Positions 36,942-52,074 of a stretch of 64,000 nucleotides of DNA are shown one piece after another. Made by a program: the position numbers and the translations under genes. Each line of letters begins with the position of its first letter. Position 1 is the first letter of the stretch. The notes under the pieces were generated by a model that was not told where the DNA came from, did no database searches, and worked only from the letters and a program-made list of their open reading frames with translations. Location: NCBI GenBank assembly GCA_973895155.1, contig OZ316892.1, positions 27,862,307-27,926,306 on the forward strand, written 5' to 3'. Source of the stretch: Marsupella aquatica (lineage: Eukaryota; Plantae; Marchantiophyta).

Positions 36942-37080
36942 TCGATGCATACAATGCTTGTTGCTTGAGAAATATTTTGCCTACGAGCATGTTCATCCTT
37001 TAGATGTTGGTCGATGCATACAATGCTTGTTGCTTGAGAAATATTTTGCCAACGAGCGTGTTCATCCTTCAGATGCTGGT
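36942..37080. repeat. 69-bp tandem duplication
   Basis: tcgatgcatacaatgcttgttgcttgagaaatattttgcc... occurs at 36942 and 37011. Confidence 0.9.
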
Positions 37081-38113
37081 TTGTATATACATCAACGAAA
37101 GGTTGACGATGAGAGGAGAAAAAGATTAAATTCTTTATGATTTATTTCAGATTAGGTGGTGGACAATTTAGGTTAGGCATTTAGATACATTTAGGGTTTG
37201 GTACTTTTTTTTCTCTTATCGAATAAAAATTATATGTATGAATTCTATTTCAAACTTATATTATTTTGAGGTATCATATTATAATGAATTATCTTTTCCT
37301 TGTATTTATTAATTTTTTTTCTCAAATTTAAATGCAACCCCAACTTATCATGTTTTTGTACTATTGCGAGTCAAATTTGGGTCAAAGCATTTCAGGACCC
37401 GAGTTTTGGATCTGAGACCTCCCCTTCACGAGAGTGATCACTATACTAATGAAACATTCATGTATTGGTGACAATAACTAATCAGTCACAAATTATAAAA
37501 AGTAGTTCAGCTTTTGTGACCAAACCCCTTTGGTCACGGGCATTTTTTGTTTGGTACCTGGTGGTCGCCAGAAAACGCATCCAAGAAGTTGCACTACTGG
37601 TGAGCAGATCCAAGGTAGGAAATTTGAACTCATGAGAAGGAACCACGATAAATGAACTGACGGTTCAAAAACGAATTTTGAACATTAAAATAGGAGATTC
37701 GCGCGTACTATAAACCTTCCCAGTTCAAGATTACCATTATTCCCACCTGTCATCATGTCCGTTTTCGGTCGTCCTTAATCATGAATGAGCCATAGTTTAG
37801 GAAGTTGAGAAAGTCGAGACTTGATAAGAAGTCCTGAAAAGATATCATGATAAGGGAACTAAAGGATGTGACTCTGGTGAATAGGGACTCCTTGAAATGG
37901 CTCATGCATTTGTTGTATGAAAAACTCGACAAGAATAATGATGTTACCGATTTATTAATGAAAACATCGGAAACTGAAAGAATTTTCATCATCAAACTGA
38001 GGACGAGGGGAGCTTTACACATCCATGAGTAAGACTTCGTCCACTCTACGTCGACAAAAAATTCCCAAGTTGAAGACTAGTTTACAGGACACCAACGATG
38101 AAGAATCCATATC

Positions 38114-41100
38114 TCATGGTTTTCGCTTTATATATGACAGATATGGGTCAAGAGCAGCAGTCAAAACATCGGGTCTCTCTGCTTGAGAGTATGTGAGACA
38201 TCTCCTGATGAAATCCTGTACACACAAATGGCATGCTAAGACGATTGAAAAATAAATTCAAAATGAATCAGAACTCAGTAACAAACCAGTGCCAGATGCA
38301 AGAGAACTATGACCCCCCACAAGGTACTTGCTAAGCTGGCTTGTACAATGCGACACATCTCAGAAAGTAGGGCCGAAATTTACCTTTGCTTCCGAAGAAA
38401 CTGATGGCCGGGCAGGGAATTCCACCTTGTTTGCCTTCACTATCGTATCTTCACGAAGTATTCTTTCTTGGGATTGCTCATGCCCGAAGGGACGTCTACC
38501 AAAGAGCATCTGGTAGAAGAGTACTCCAGCCGACCACACATCCACCTGGCAAATTACAAAGTTTTCTCATAAAATCATCAGCAGCATGAAGGGTTCACTT
38601 TTCACGAATATGAGAAGCGCTACGAAAACCTGCTCATGCTACATACATCTGATCTGTGCTTATATCAACTTCAATTAATACTACAGACATCGCGGAAGGA
38701 CGAGACACACCACAAGTTGATCTGCGGTTTGACACACCATTTAAGGAAAACAAAGGTTCTTATCAGTTATTGCTTGTTGAGTTATCTGGTATCATGTTAC
38801 ACAGGTCTACAAGTGAAGCGGTTTCTCTGTAAGGGGGAAACAAGGAACTACCTTAGAAGATATTAAAGGCGTTCTGTTCACTTCAAAGCACTCTGGAGGA
38901 AGATACCTGGAACACATTCAAGCGCTGTCAGAAATGCATATTCATGATCTTACATTATGTCATATGGGATGCCCATAATATTGAATGAAAGTCTGAACAT
39001 GCATGAATCCTTTCCCTAGCCCAGAACTCAACAATACAGGTTCTAAACAGCACATCCTTTGGCAGCTGAAACGACAGCTTGGATTCCACAGAATAGTAAG
39101 AAGCTTGTGTCCCAACATATAAATCGTCCATAGATAGTCAGAAATGAACATATTGGATAAAAACATGACTTACCAGTAAGTTCCAGCACCTTGAGATGTC
39201 AGTTCCATGCCTTGAGAACCAACTTCGTCCTCCACAATCTTGCTGAGCCCGAAGTCGGTCATCTTTGCAACTCCAACCTCATCAAACAGGACATTGCCTG
39301 GCTTAAGATCATAGTGTATAATTCGCTGTGTTCTTCTGTTCAGGTAAACCAGGCCTGAAAAAATCTGGATCAAAATGCTCCGGGCGTCCCTTTCAGATAA
39401 GCAGGGGCTTGCTTTCAGTACCACATCGAGGTCTTTTCCTGTGAGATGGCCGATTCATGATCACGATGTCAATCACAATGTCGCCATAAAGACCTGCAGG
39501 TCATCTGTGAGCTCTAACTGCGGATACCGTAGCTGCCAATAGATGATTTGCAGAATTTATATTGAAAACCGAAAAAGGAACATGAAAAGGTAGACCTTGA
39601 AAAGAGAATTCATTTCTTAATTACACTTTCAAAAAAATGTGGATAATGAAGAAGGCCAAATTAACGTAAAAACAAGAATTAAGGACCACTAGACATACCA
39701 CTGCAGTATTCGAGCACTGTACAGAACGTGTTGTGATCAATCTCAAAAATATCCCAAAGGCGTACGATGTGACTATGTACAAGGCTCTTGTGAATATTGT
39801 ATTCTCGAATAGCATGTCTTACATAGCTCCTCTTTTTCTCTTCACTCCATTGTGCATTAAGGCCATGTAACTTACAGGCCACATACTTGTAATCCACCAA
39901 ATCATAAGCCTGCTCACATTCTTCCCACATACACCTTTTAGCTTTGTAAAAGAAATCTAGCGATCAAACAAACAACATAAAATATATTGAGACAATTCTC
40001 GGTATAAAAAAGGAAGTAAATGTCCACTAAGCGCATTCATAAGCTGACAGGACATTTGTAAGCTAGCAGTTCAGTGAAATCTCAAAGCAAATGCTATTAG
40101 GAGATTACCTTATAGACCTCACTGAACCCGCCCTTTCCGAGTAGATTCAATAATGCATATCGATTATGCAATATTGGGAAGTGATTAAAACGTGACCCAT
40201 CTTCATCTCTAATTCTCTTCATCTCCCGTATATGACCTGCTTTCTCATGCTCATATCTGTCCTTGTCTCTTAACGTCGCTTCGTCTTCCTGACCCACAGT
40301 GAAGGACAAACAGCAGCGAATGAAACACAATCCGTCTGCGTCCAAGGACATCTTGATAGTCTAACCGGGCACAATGAAGTCCAAGGATCACATTGGCATT
40401 TGTTGCATTCGTGGAATCACCATCAAGTACGTTGTCAGTTGGAGAAACCATTGACATCCAGCACGCAAACAACCAATAATGTCTTGGGATGTTCTTGACT
40501 GGTATTCTGACCCGGTTTTCTTGATGTGTCAATAATGCTAAAGCCTCAGAAGAAATCTCACCCTTTTGACAGCGAGGAGACGGGTGCGAAACACTTCCTC
40601 CATGGCTAAAAACTCTTCTTCGGACATACCAGGCTCGCCACCATTTCCGTCCAGTTTATCTGCATACTCCACCAGTCCATTGCTATTAAGCACAAGACAT
40701 AAACTTTGAAACCTGTCATGAAAAACAAGCACGATGAATTCCAGAAGGGATTCGGGCACTGTCTGGCTGTGCTCGTGAATGGGACGTTTTTTTAACTCAT
40801 CCGAAAGACAAATCATCCGGCCAGGTTTCCGTTTCCAACAAGAAGTTAAGACGCATACTACCAAAGTTCCACGAGGACGATTTGAACCTGGGATGCATCC
40901 TTGGTTTTGGAAGGAATCAAACACTAGCTTCAAGTCTCACTTGCATACGAGGTGCAGAAAACCATACCATTCTGCCGTCTCTTCAGCAATTTCCGATGCT
41001 TATCAATAGATGCCCTTTGCTCCATTAACGCTCTCTGAGACAAAAAAACGGTCCGGGCATGTGGTTAGTGCACAGCTTCTAACAGAAACGGGTCACGGGT

Positions 41101-44100
41101 TAGGCACGCCTTTTATATACAAACGAGGCTATCACAACAACACATTTGCAACCTTCCAAGGCTCTATGTCTTGGAACCCTCCACAAACAGAATGAGAGGT
41201 CGACATGGCAAGTGTTAACGTACAAGCCGAGCTTGTATGTCCTTCAGTGCTTGGCCATCCTCCCAGACTTCTGATATCACTGTCCCTGCCCTGGCATAAG
41301 ATAAGCGATAAGCACGCCTCCACAAATCAGGAAGCGCATAGAATTCACTGCATTTCAGAAAGTTGAAACGAGGACAGCTGGATGTATTACTACATTGATG
41401 CACGTTCTCACAGACCTTAAAAACAAAAGTAGCACAAGGAACGAACCTCATTACACCGACACCACCAAGCCGACTTATATCTTGTTGAATCTTCAGTCTT
41501 GATTCTTGCCTCTCACTCCTAGCTACTGAGATTAATAAGTCAGATACCACCTTCAACCTCTGAAATAGAAGCACGGAACGAAAATAGTATCTTAGTACCT
41601 CGGGTCAAATAGTAGGGTATCTTAGTCCCTCGGGTCAAATAGGAACCACGATCGAGAGGCAGGTATAGCAGAAGCAACCGCTGGCCCTAGGAATGGGTTT
41701 ATATGACACTGTTGAACGAGCGAGTGTCTGCAAGGCTAATCTGGAGGCGATACAGAATTGATAATTAAGCCTTTCATAGTCTACGACGTCATCCAATTAC
41801 TTGAAACACACCAATACAGCGCCGAGAAATCTGTACGTTTTAATTGTGAGATAAAAGAAGAATTGATTATTAAAAGGTGCAGAGCGAGCAACCTGCTGTT
41901 CTCGTAGCTTTTCCTGCTCTCTTACATCTTTCAACTCCTGCATCCAGATTGAAGAGGAGATCCGATTTTGTGTAAGTTGTACACGTGAAAACGCTAACTT
42001 AACACGCCTTGCTTGGCAATGTATGCATCGATTCTATTAACTTGAACGAAGTCAAGAGCTTAACAGGTCCTATGCCCAAAACTTTGGAAACGAGCTTAAT
42101 CTTCGTTTCATGATAGAATGATGCAGAATAAGTACGAAGACACGTGAACACCTAGAACTGTTGAAAACTCAGTTAAGTACGGAAGGTTTTCCAGAGCTGA
42201 AATGCATATAGAGTTTTTTAAAAGGCTTCTCGAGATGGCTTCTGTCAAATTCTTATCATGGAAGGAAATCAAAAGGCAACGAAGATCACACTTTCTCAAG
42301 CTGCTGACAGCTCTGTTGAGCCTCAACAGTTTCTTGGCGTACTCTTGCTACTTCTTCTTCATAAGTGGCAGTGCTCATCCTCAATGCAGCAATCTCTTCC
42401 TGAAAGAATATTCATCACAGAACGAGAGAGCTACTTAACCCCTGGTAGACGAGCGATTACGAAGGATGATAAATAACATTTAAGAAGAGAAGAAACTAAT
42501 GACTTGGATAAGGAGTACACTCAAACAGACCTGCAATTGTGCTCTTTGCTCCTCGTCCAGTCCCTTCTTGGAGGCCACTGGTTCCTGAGACGCTAACAAC
42601 AAACAATGGCTGTCAATTTCAACTCAAATTTGCATTCTGACGCAAGGTCAATTACGTCCCCTGAAAACCTTACCACACAAGGAATGATCGTCGATGTACA
42701 ACAACTCAGAATGGGTGTTAGACTTCGGTGTGCACTACTTATTGACCTTGGTCACGTGGCAGAGTGTTGCCTGCTTTTCAATCAAACATTCCGTAAACTC
42801 TGGCGGTGTGCAGCAAGTTAAACGTGCCCTTTTTTAATTTATGAGAACTGTAGTAAAGTAGAAACTGCTGTATCCATCCCAAAGACGAAGATTTGTAGAG
42901 TCAATGGCTCTAGAGGCTGGTCATTAGGTGATCTAATTAAAGTATTTTTTAACTGATAGTCTCAGATCCTTTCACCTGTCTAGGATTTCTCACCTCTGTC
43001 ATTCGGCCGTCATCACAAGTTGAGGGCACATCACTCCCAAGTCCTAGGTCAGCATCCGCCTTCAAGATAAACCAATAAGGAGAACAAGTCTGAACAGAAA
43101 GCCCCAAGAGCTCCTGACTCACAGAGATGGTCCTTAGATGCACACTATGATTGGTGAAGGTATAACAGTAGCCTAATGAGGAAGTAAATACCCATGGCCC
43201 CAAAAGAAACGATTGTTTGGGAAGATATCCGGCTACGAAGAAGAATTTATGGAAGTCCTTTGCTTTAGTTCTTCCCAGAAGGTCTCTTAAGATTAGTCGA
43301 CGTTAAAAATAATTCATTCGACTCGCTGATCATCAATCCAGGCTTTTGCTCTTTACAAAATATCTTCTGTAACGTTCCTTTTGCAATAGCTCATTGTAAA
43401 CTGCTCCCAACTCTAGGAAATCTGAATCCATCTAGTATAGTCCCTCAATTGACATACTGTGTGATCTAAAGTATGAGTCTTGAGATTGTAATGCAAGCTT
43501 TTGCATTGCAAGTACAGCATTCGCCCAGGAGGTTCTGATTTCGTGCTCAGGAAGGAATCGTAGTCACACGTGGTGACTCTAACATCTTAGAGTGAACTTC
43601 GGTACGCAATATATGCCTTTGCCAGTCTTGAAGTAGTCAAGCGACAAAATGCCATCTTGATACACTAGATCACCCTTAAGTTCCTCAGAGTTTATTTGGT
43701 TGAATCATAGTTTCTTAGAGATGAGCCCTTCACATGGTAACAGCAGCTCAGGAACAGCAAACGAACGCTAGTTTCTCAAACATCCGCGTGCTTGAACTCT
43801 GTACGTCTGTCGTCAAATTGGTTTTCAAGTAAACACGCAGATATTCCAACACAACAACGTAGTCGATACGACATCGTACAATATCAGGAGTTGAGATTTA
43901 AGCTTAAGGCACCTAATAAGAGAACAGACCTTGACTTTGGGGGCCCGAGCTTTGGTTTGCCCACCACCACGACCGCGGCCTCTCCCATTCCTCTTCCCAC
44001 GACTGTCATCTCGGTCCCCGATATCAGGTGGGTCGCCAACCTCGTCACCGCTTCGCCTCCCATTTAAAACCTCCTGAATAAGTAGCAAATTTAGTATGTG

Positions 44101-45381
44101 ACGGATTAAATGCCAAGGAAATTTCTCCCAGGGTAGTATCTAAAGAAGCTTACTCTTGCCTGGAATTTCGAGATCTGGAACTTGTACCACACAAGTCCAA
44201 TTAATAAAGCGTGAGTCAACACTCCAATCCCAACTTTCTGCCCTTGCACGACAAGATCGTCAAGATCCGAATGCAAGAGGAAAACCAGCTATTGGAATGA
44301 TCTCTACGCAATGGGAGCAGCTCAGTTTTGTCAAGGAGATTGTACAAAAGCCACGTTACATTTCAAACCCCCTGATAGGAAATTAAATTCCTGGGGTTTA
44401 AGAGAAACGTCAACTCAAAATTCTACGGTTCACTCTGCTACATTCCACTCCTTTGGCTTCCAGTGTACCATCCGGAAACTCTGCATGCTTGAGAGTGCCC
44501 AAAGACTGTGAAGACAACGATAAAAGCGCAAGGTGCTCGTGCACAAGTAAATAAGCGCTTCAAATTTAGGAGAATGTGACTGCACTGTTTTCGCTTTGAA
44601 GAAGGGTTGGTGGCCGGTAGTTTCTCTGCTTTCTAGGATCCCATGGTTCTTGAGGTTTAATCGCACCAACAAACGTTATAATAAGAGTATATCTCTAAGA
44701 CCATAACGGGGGGCCGAAACTGACCTCAGATAGGAATGTGGAGTTGTCTGCTCCGTCTACTGTAAGCTTCCGCTTCTTGAGATTCGGTTGCAAAAGGAAC
44801 CCACCACACTCCTGCGAAGTGGATTTTGTTCAGAAACTTCATGAGATCAACACTGCGAGGTTAATCATTCCAAGACGCGAATATAATCTGCTTTGCCCAG
44901 AAGCTAAAGGAGATAAGTTAATCATTCCAAACGACCGACAACTAGCGTAATGTGCTTTGTCCAGAAGATCACTGAGACAAGGTCGGTGAGGTACATTATC
45001 CTAAAAGGTCAAACAGGAACATAATCCAATACAATTGCGTACATTTAAAACTGCTGCCTATAGCGAGAAAAAGCTTGCAATTAGGAGACGCGTCAGTGAA
45101 AATTTTGACGGCAAGCATTCTACTCAAACGAGAGAGATGACGCAACATACCTCATCCTCCGAGTCTGTCGATGATGAACTTTGCAATGCTTGGTTAGCTG
45201 AGGGAGTGACAGAGGACGTAGGGAATCCACCTTGCCGAAACGACTCGGACGCAGGCTGTTGCTGAGAGGATGATTTTCCCACCATTCGGGCTTCCAGCTT
45301 GGCTAACTTGAGCGGCAACCCCGGATCGGATGGATTGGAATTTGATTTGGTGGAAAGGTGGAGAAGAACATCGTCATGCAT
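38114..45381 (-). CDS. TSL: TOUSLED-like serine/threonine kinase (multi-exon)
   Basis: N-terminus [10 protein letters not shown]...[15 protein letters not shown]. Kinase exons [69 protein letters not shown] and [29 protein letters not shown]. Stop TGA at 38114-38116. Confidence 0.95.
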
Positions 45382-47399
45382 ATTTGATGAATCCAGTTTT
45401 GTAGCGTTTCCAGTTCCCCACCCCAACCTTGCCAGGGTGAATAATCTTCACAAATTGTAAAGCACTTTCAGTGTCCCGATTGAAACCTAATCACTGCTGG
45501 TACGAAACATAACCATAATGTCTCAACTCATTTCCATGCGCCAGGTAATCCTCCAAACCCAGCTGATCATGCACAACTCCTGGACACTGGAAAACCATCA
45601 TCCATGCCTCAATTGTGGCGCATTGTCACGGCGGCAGTCAGAGACGACCAAACCCCTACATTGGTCACAAAATGAGCCGAATAGGAGAAAGGCGGGTTAG
45701 GTCTTCACCACACATCTGTTGAAACAGACACAAAAACCCCAGCAAGGACCTTATCGATGCCGGACCCTCTCCCTTAAGTAGATGCGGCCACCGCCACCAT
45801 CACCACCCCAAGTCCAGATTTCTTGCTGGTAATCCACTGCAATCGTTGTAGATATTCAAAGCCTAGAGCGATTTTCCCTCCTCCGGAAGTCCTCCCCTCC
45901 TGCATTTTAGTAGCCCTACACGAGCAGTTCCTCCGCATCAGACGAAGAGGAGAGACAAAAAGGCTCAACACAAAGAGAAAACGTCGAAATCTCCGAATGC
46001 CTACAACGGAAGGTTCCGTCCAACGACAACAACAACAGTAGTTGCCGGAATTCGGAGTACAAAAACCATATGATCGACAATTTTTGGAAGGCGATTGCCA
46101 CAACAGATTGCCACTTTCCGAAAGAAACTCGAATCAATCTCGCATTGCTCTACTCTTGGGAATGGCTACACTGTTCTACGTGGCCTCGATCTCAGACCAA
46201 AAACCAATTTACAAACACGCATCACAACAAGATCTTCCTCCACAGGCGATGAAAAGGAGAGCTAACAAAATTAGAAAAACGACTGAACGCAGAACAAGAA
46301 CTGGAGGTCGATGTGGACTGTGAAATACCTGAGGAGTGGCGTGTACATAGATTCTCCGAGTAGACGATTTCGACTTGGAGCAGGACTCTCTCTCTCTCCC
46401 CGTTTCGCTCAATCCTCTCAATCCTCCAGAGCCACCCTAAACCTCTGAAGTTGAGCAGCCATGGAAACCATTCCTTTCAACAGAAGGTGATCAAACCACT
46501 ATTTCTTTGTATTTTTCAAAAAGAGGGCGAATCACTATATTCCTCTCTATTTGAAAAGCAAATTGTCATACTGGGGTTGGGGATTTTGAGAGCAACTGAA
46601 AATTAAAATGATGGTCCCAAAACAACTAAAGGGTGGAAGGAGGCTTGAAGGAGGGCCATTGCCTTCTTTATGTTCCGTCGGCGAGTGATGGCCATCCATG
46701 TGTCTGAGATCGGTGAATCGCAGCTGTCCAAAGAGAATGGCCATTTTTAATAGTACGGCCCGCGGATGGGGATAGGAATCTCCCATTTGCAAGGGTCTTT
46801 TGCTAAAAGGGTCTCAGGCCTGGCATTCCCATGGGAATCCTCTAAAAATAAAGGTTTAGCTCTACTGAGGGGGGCTTTACAAGATGTCAGGGCCGTTGTA
46901 TTAATTATTTATTCTAAGATGAAATGTGGACCCTATAATGAATGGAAACGTATGTAGTTGGCTTTACACTAACTCCAGGGCCCATCCTAGCCATACTGCA
47001 GAGCATTTCTATTTAGTCTAGAATTTTAGACCACCACCATAGGTGGTGCAAACATCTCCAAACTATGGCTACTTCATTCAAGGGATTTGCATGTATTGAA
47101 CTTCACTGAAAAGATATTTGCTCTGGAGTTTAAACAAGAAGTGATGCTCCAGTTTGCTAGGTGGAAAACAAAATCACATTTGCCCATGATACATTGTAAA
47201 GCCACCCTAAGGTTGTCCAGCACAACCCTATACAATCACATAGTCATAATTGACAGAAGCAAGTTCTAGTATGACCTGTCTGCATATATATAGTGTGTAT
47301 CCAAGGGCAGGGTTGTTCAGAATATTTGAGGTATGCAATAAAGACCAGGGTGAAATGAAGGATGATCATTGCTATCAAGCTCCCCAAACAAGTAACTGT

Positions 47400-47700
47400 A
47401 AATTCTTTTCGCGGACACACATTCTGTCATGAAACTCTGGTTGAGGTTGGGGGCAAAGTTGTCTCATTTTGCTCGAGTAGAACTGCCTGTGACTTGACAG
47501 ACGATGAGATATGGCAGCTCCAAATGCAGCGCCTCAGGTACTCCTGGTTAAGGTTGCAGCGAGTGCACCAGGTGAGGGGATCAGTGGGTGGTGATTTTGG
47601 GAGACTCCAGTGCTGGGTCGCAGGAATCCTTGAAAGTTCTGACTTCGAGCAAAGCACATCCCGAAGCACAACTGGCAGTCTCTGCTCCTAATTTGATTCT
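47400..47700 (-). pseudogene. Degenerate LINE C-terminal zinc-knuckle remnant
   Basis: WCTRCNLNQEYLRRCIWSCHISSSV fits the zf-RVT pattern CxxC...E..(H)..W.C..S..V. Confidence 0.45.
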
Positions 47701-49639
47701 CAGTAATTCAACTGAGAAACTCTAAACTCACCCTGTATTTGTGCCTAAATAGTCATTTAGGCACATTATGGAAACTCTATCATTGCTAGATTTTTGGGAA
47801 TTTAAGCCCTCCTGGTATCCTGTTTGTATCTTGGATTATCAGAACCTCATTAAATGCATGGTGAACAACCTGGACAGGCTGTTGAGGGCATTCACAGTTC
47901 CAGAATGCCTTCTAGGTTAGTTTTAACAAAAACCAAAAACTCAATTTAAAAAGTCTGTCTTGTGCTTAAAACCACACAGTGCCTGAGGTATCTCCCCAAA
48001 TAAACGTGAGTTGCATGGTAAGCACAATCATGAAAACACAATAATTACAAACTTTGATGAATCAATAATTAGACCAGTAAAATTAGAAACATTTTCTATC
48101 CAGTGGTCTGTAATCCTCATGAAGGTCTCCAGTTCTAACACTAGACTAACAATTTTTTAGGCTTAATTTAGTAAAATGAGCATACAGAACCGCACTATAA
48201 TGTGGGCCTGACTCCATGTAAAGGCACTCTTACTCACTTGAGCTGATCAATGTGTAATTTTCTTCCCCTTGTTGAGAACACCTTACCTGCACAAAATGTT
48301 GAGTTAAAAAAACAATTATTTATTTTTGGATTTGTTCTGTGAAGGTTTTATCTTTTCTTTGTAAAAGATGGAGAGAGTGAAGCTTCCTATTACTATCATG
48401 GGCAGGTATCAAACTACAGGCCTCTTCCACCCGGCCAGGTTTCTTAGCATTACTCTATGTTGTCAACTCTCTCACAATTACTCAATATGATCTCATTTTG
48501 TGATACTTGCTTTGTGCCAGCTTCTTTTCTCTTTGTCATGTGTGATGAGCCCAGCCATTATGTATCCCCTAAAACCCACATAATGTCCACAACAAATATA
48601 GTCACAAAAAGAAAATACTCATTCAATTTGCTATAGGATGAACTAAAGCTCCACGAGTCCATTTGCAGAAGCATACAATGACTCAAAAATTTGACTTAAC
48701 TCACTCAATTTTGTTACAATTATGCCACGGCTGCTGAGTAAAATATTTGAATATTGAGTGCATGATTGGAGAATCACAAGGCAGCATAGGGTATACAACT
48801 AAGAATCAGAGTGTCAATAGCCACCCTTGAATGTTGTATGCTGACTTTTTGGATGTAATTCAATGAGTTTTTTCAAGGCAAAAAGAGTGTTAATAGCACA
48901 TCCGGGAGGCCCAGGGATGGGATATGGCCAGACAATCGATGCAAGCCTCAAGACAATTTTAGGATAGAGCGCCCCAATTGGAAAGCATTATAAGACAGTA
49001 GCCGAATAAAGATGTGTCAGTCAATGTATGTCCAATTCTGTAAATAAAGCCTGATTTGTTTTCAGAAATTAATTTGACATTGTCGTCATCTAATGTTTCA
49101 GTGCCCTTGTGGTCAACTATTTTGAATATTGCAATCATGCTTTTGTGTGGTACTTTTCTACTCAGATTGTTCTATTTCATAACTTTCATAGGCCTCTAAA
49201 TAGTGCTTTCATAAGCCCATATATAGTGTGACGCAACATGTGCCTGTGTAACTACTATAGTGTGATTCGTGATACAAAATGTTTTGCACGCAAATTAGTG
49301 TGAATCAGAGCAATTCTTCACTCACATTAATTGCTAGCTGTAGACAGTGTCATACTTCTAGGCTGAAAGAACTACAATGAAGTTTAGAGGTGCACACTCT
49401 GGGAAAAGCATCTGGGGTGCACTAAACAGGGGTTTGCACTTATCAATAAAAGTGCACCTTCCCTCAGTGAGCAATCTCTTGAATTGGGACCTAAATTGTA
49501 CATCTCTGCCTTGACATTGTCATATATAGTTCATGAATTTTCGACCATTTGTGCTCAATGTAGAATAGTTTAGGGTCAAAAAACTCAAACACAATTCCAA
49601 TATTCACACACAACGCTTGGATGTTGTGTTAAACTCGGG

Positions 49640-49963
49640 CCGGGGGGGGTCACTATATGGAGGGCCATACATCGCATGCAATGTTTTAGGGTTTGACCCC
49701 CTAACTTATAAGTGGATTTTCCTTGCAAACCCTATTTTTGTTGAAAATTTGGCATTTTTTACTAAAAAAAAAACCCTACAAACTTTAAAGAAAATATTTT
49801 TTACAATTAAAATAGGCCTACTTTAAAGTTGACCAGTCAATAAAACATGTCGTGTGTATTTTTCCACAAAACTTTGGAAGTTTTTTGTCACACCCATTTA
49901 AATAAATAGGTCTATACTTTGTCGCACGTGATGTGCCACTTCTGTGGAAGTGACCCCTCCAAG
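49640..49963 (+). mobile_element. MITE related to the P-like element
   Basis: ggggggtcactatatggaggg...gtcgcacgtgatgtgccact...gaagtgacccc, similar throughout to 29198-29528. No TSD recognised. Confidence 0.8.
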
Positions 49964-50916
49964 GTGCTAGAAAGACATTGTTTGAGTTCAAATGTGCTTT
50001 TTGTCTTGGGACCCCCAAAAATCTATTTTTGAACACAACTCGCGGGCGCTGTGTTCGAGGGAAGGCGGGTAATGGCGGTTTAAACCACAACTATCTCTTC
50101 AAGAGCTACATGTTACCTAGAAACAAGAAATTTTCCCTGCAATCCTGGAATGTGGAAAAAGGGAGTCAGGAGACTTGGACACTTCCCCTTATATGGAAAC
50201 TAAAGCCCATATGGACATCACTTTGTCTATGAAGCCCAGATGGATTGGCAAAGCTTGGATGTACTTGCTCAGAACATTTAAACTGACTCAGATAACATTG
50301 TCTACACTTTTGACTGAAATGTGACCTGTAAACAATCTCCTTACCATTTACAGCCGGTAATTTCCTTGGTAGCTTGACAACTTGACTACCTTGAACCTGA
50401 AAGACCACAAGACATCATGCCATTACTCAAGATTACCATGGCGTCTTGACTACTTTCTCCCCCGAGGTAGTCAAAGTTGTCAACAATGATCCACGACTGG
50501 TTCTTTTTTCTTTTTGGTGTAAAAATGATGTTCACTTTACTTTATGCATTCCATGGGTATGGGAAGGGACAATGTCTTGGTCCATCCGGGCTTTTGTTTC
50601 CCTTATATATGGGTAGTTGTGTTTTAAGAAAAAGGGGAAAACATGACTCCTTGCAATTATACAGGAATTACACTAATGGAGTTTGCACTAACAGATTTTG
50701 CACTTAGAGAGCTACTTCACTCAAACTAAGGGGCACTCACTTACCCGCAGGTACTGACAAAAAAGCTAGTGAGGCTCTGGCTTTGGCTAGCAGGCTCTGG
50801 CCAGGACTCTGCAACCTAGCCACCGGGCATCCTAGGAGACAATGAACTGCCCTAGCTTTGGCTTTTCTGCCTTTTATATGGCTAGTGGACGTTTAAACCA
50901 CACCTACCCCTATAAA

Positions 50917-51260
50917 TGTTAGATATTGCTCTAGTCTTGTGACTCATGAGCTAACTACAGTTAGGCTAACTCGGGTTAGGACTTAGTTAATGTTAGCGGT
51001 AGTGCTGTTGTGTATATAGCCAAGGCTGATGCCAGACCCTGGTGGAACTTAGGCTCATTGTTACGGAGCTAGTTGAGAGATAGGGAGAGCTTGTGCTGTG
51101 GATGCTTGGTATGGCCGGTCGGCCTAGAGTGCAGTAAAGCTCTTGTGTGTTCCCGTGGATGTAACCTCATGTGGAGGTGAACCAAGTATCTTTCTATGTC
51201 GACTATTGTGCGTTGGATGGTTCATGGACTTGCCGTTACGAATGTCGTCTATGTTCAACA
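50917..51260 (+). mobile_element. Solo LTR, 344 bp
   Basis: TGTT...AACA ends with a perfect 5-bp TSD ATAAA (50912-50916 and 51261-51265). Confidence 0.8.
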
Positions 51261-52074
51261 ATAAAGGGCTACAGGTAACCCATAACTCTCATTGTAAAGA
51301 GCACAGGTTCAAAAATGGGCTTTGAGCTCCACAAAAGGTGCTGACTGCAAAACCATTATTTGACAAGTATTACACAAAAGGTGCTAATGTTCCACCTTTT
51401 ATGGTGAGTAGTGAGACATGAAATGAGGCTTTTATAGTGCCAGGTGTGGTTTAAGAAAAAAGGGTTTACACTCATGGAGTTTGCACTTAGAGAGCTACTT
51501 CACTCGAGAACGAACAAAGGGGCAACAATTGCTTCGGTACACTTCTCCAATTGCTTTTGACAAACACAAATCATTCTCCTTCCTTACACTGCACTGCAGT
51601 CGTTGTAATTGTCACTCCGTGTCTCGGTACTGCACTGTTAGTCGCTGTAATTGTCACTCCGTGTCTCGGTACAGTACAGCAATTTGGTTTTGGGCTGTTG
51701 GCATTCTCATTCTCATTCTCATAGCTCGTTCTGGACCCCTGAACATGCGGAATTGAATTGTGCTCCTCGTTCTAGAGCTCACTGCTGTAGAGCTCGGAAT
51801 TTCCTTTCGAGCTCTTTAAGCACTTCGAGCACTGTGGCTGCTCAACTGGGTCAATTGGATGCTGCGAAGCTTTGCTGCTGCTGGGTGTGCAATCGATGGA
51901 CTTGATGCTGCTCTTGCTCTTGTGTCATCACGTTGATGAGCCCTAAGCTGCTGGAGGCCCCTTGCGAGGGCTCGTTGGGTGAGAAATTTATCAGGAAGGG
52001 GAGGGGAAGGCACGAACGTAGAGAGGGATACGATTTCTGTTGCTGGGTAGCTCATTGTCACCGTGACTTTTACG

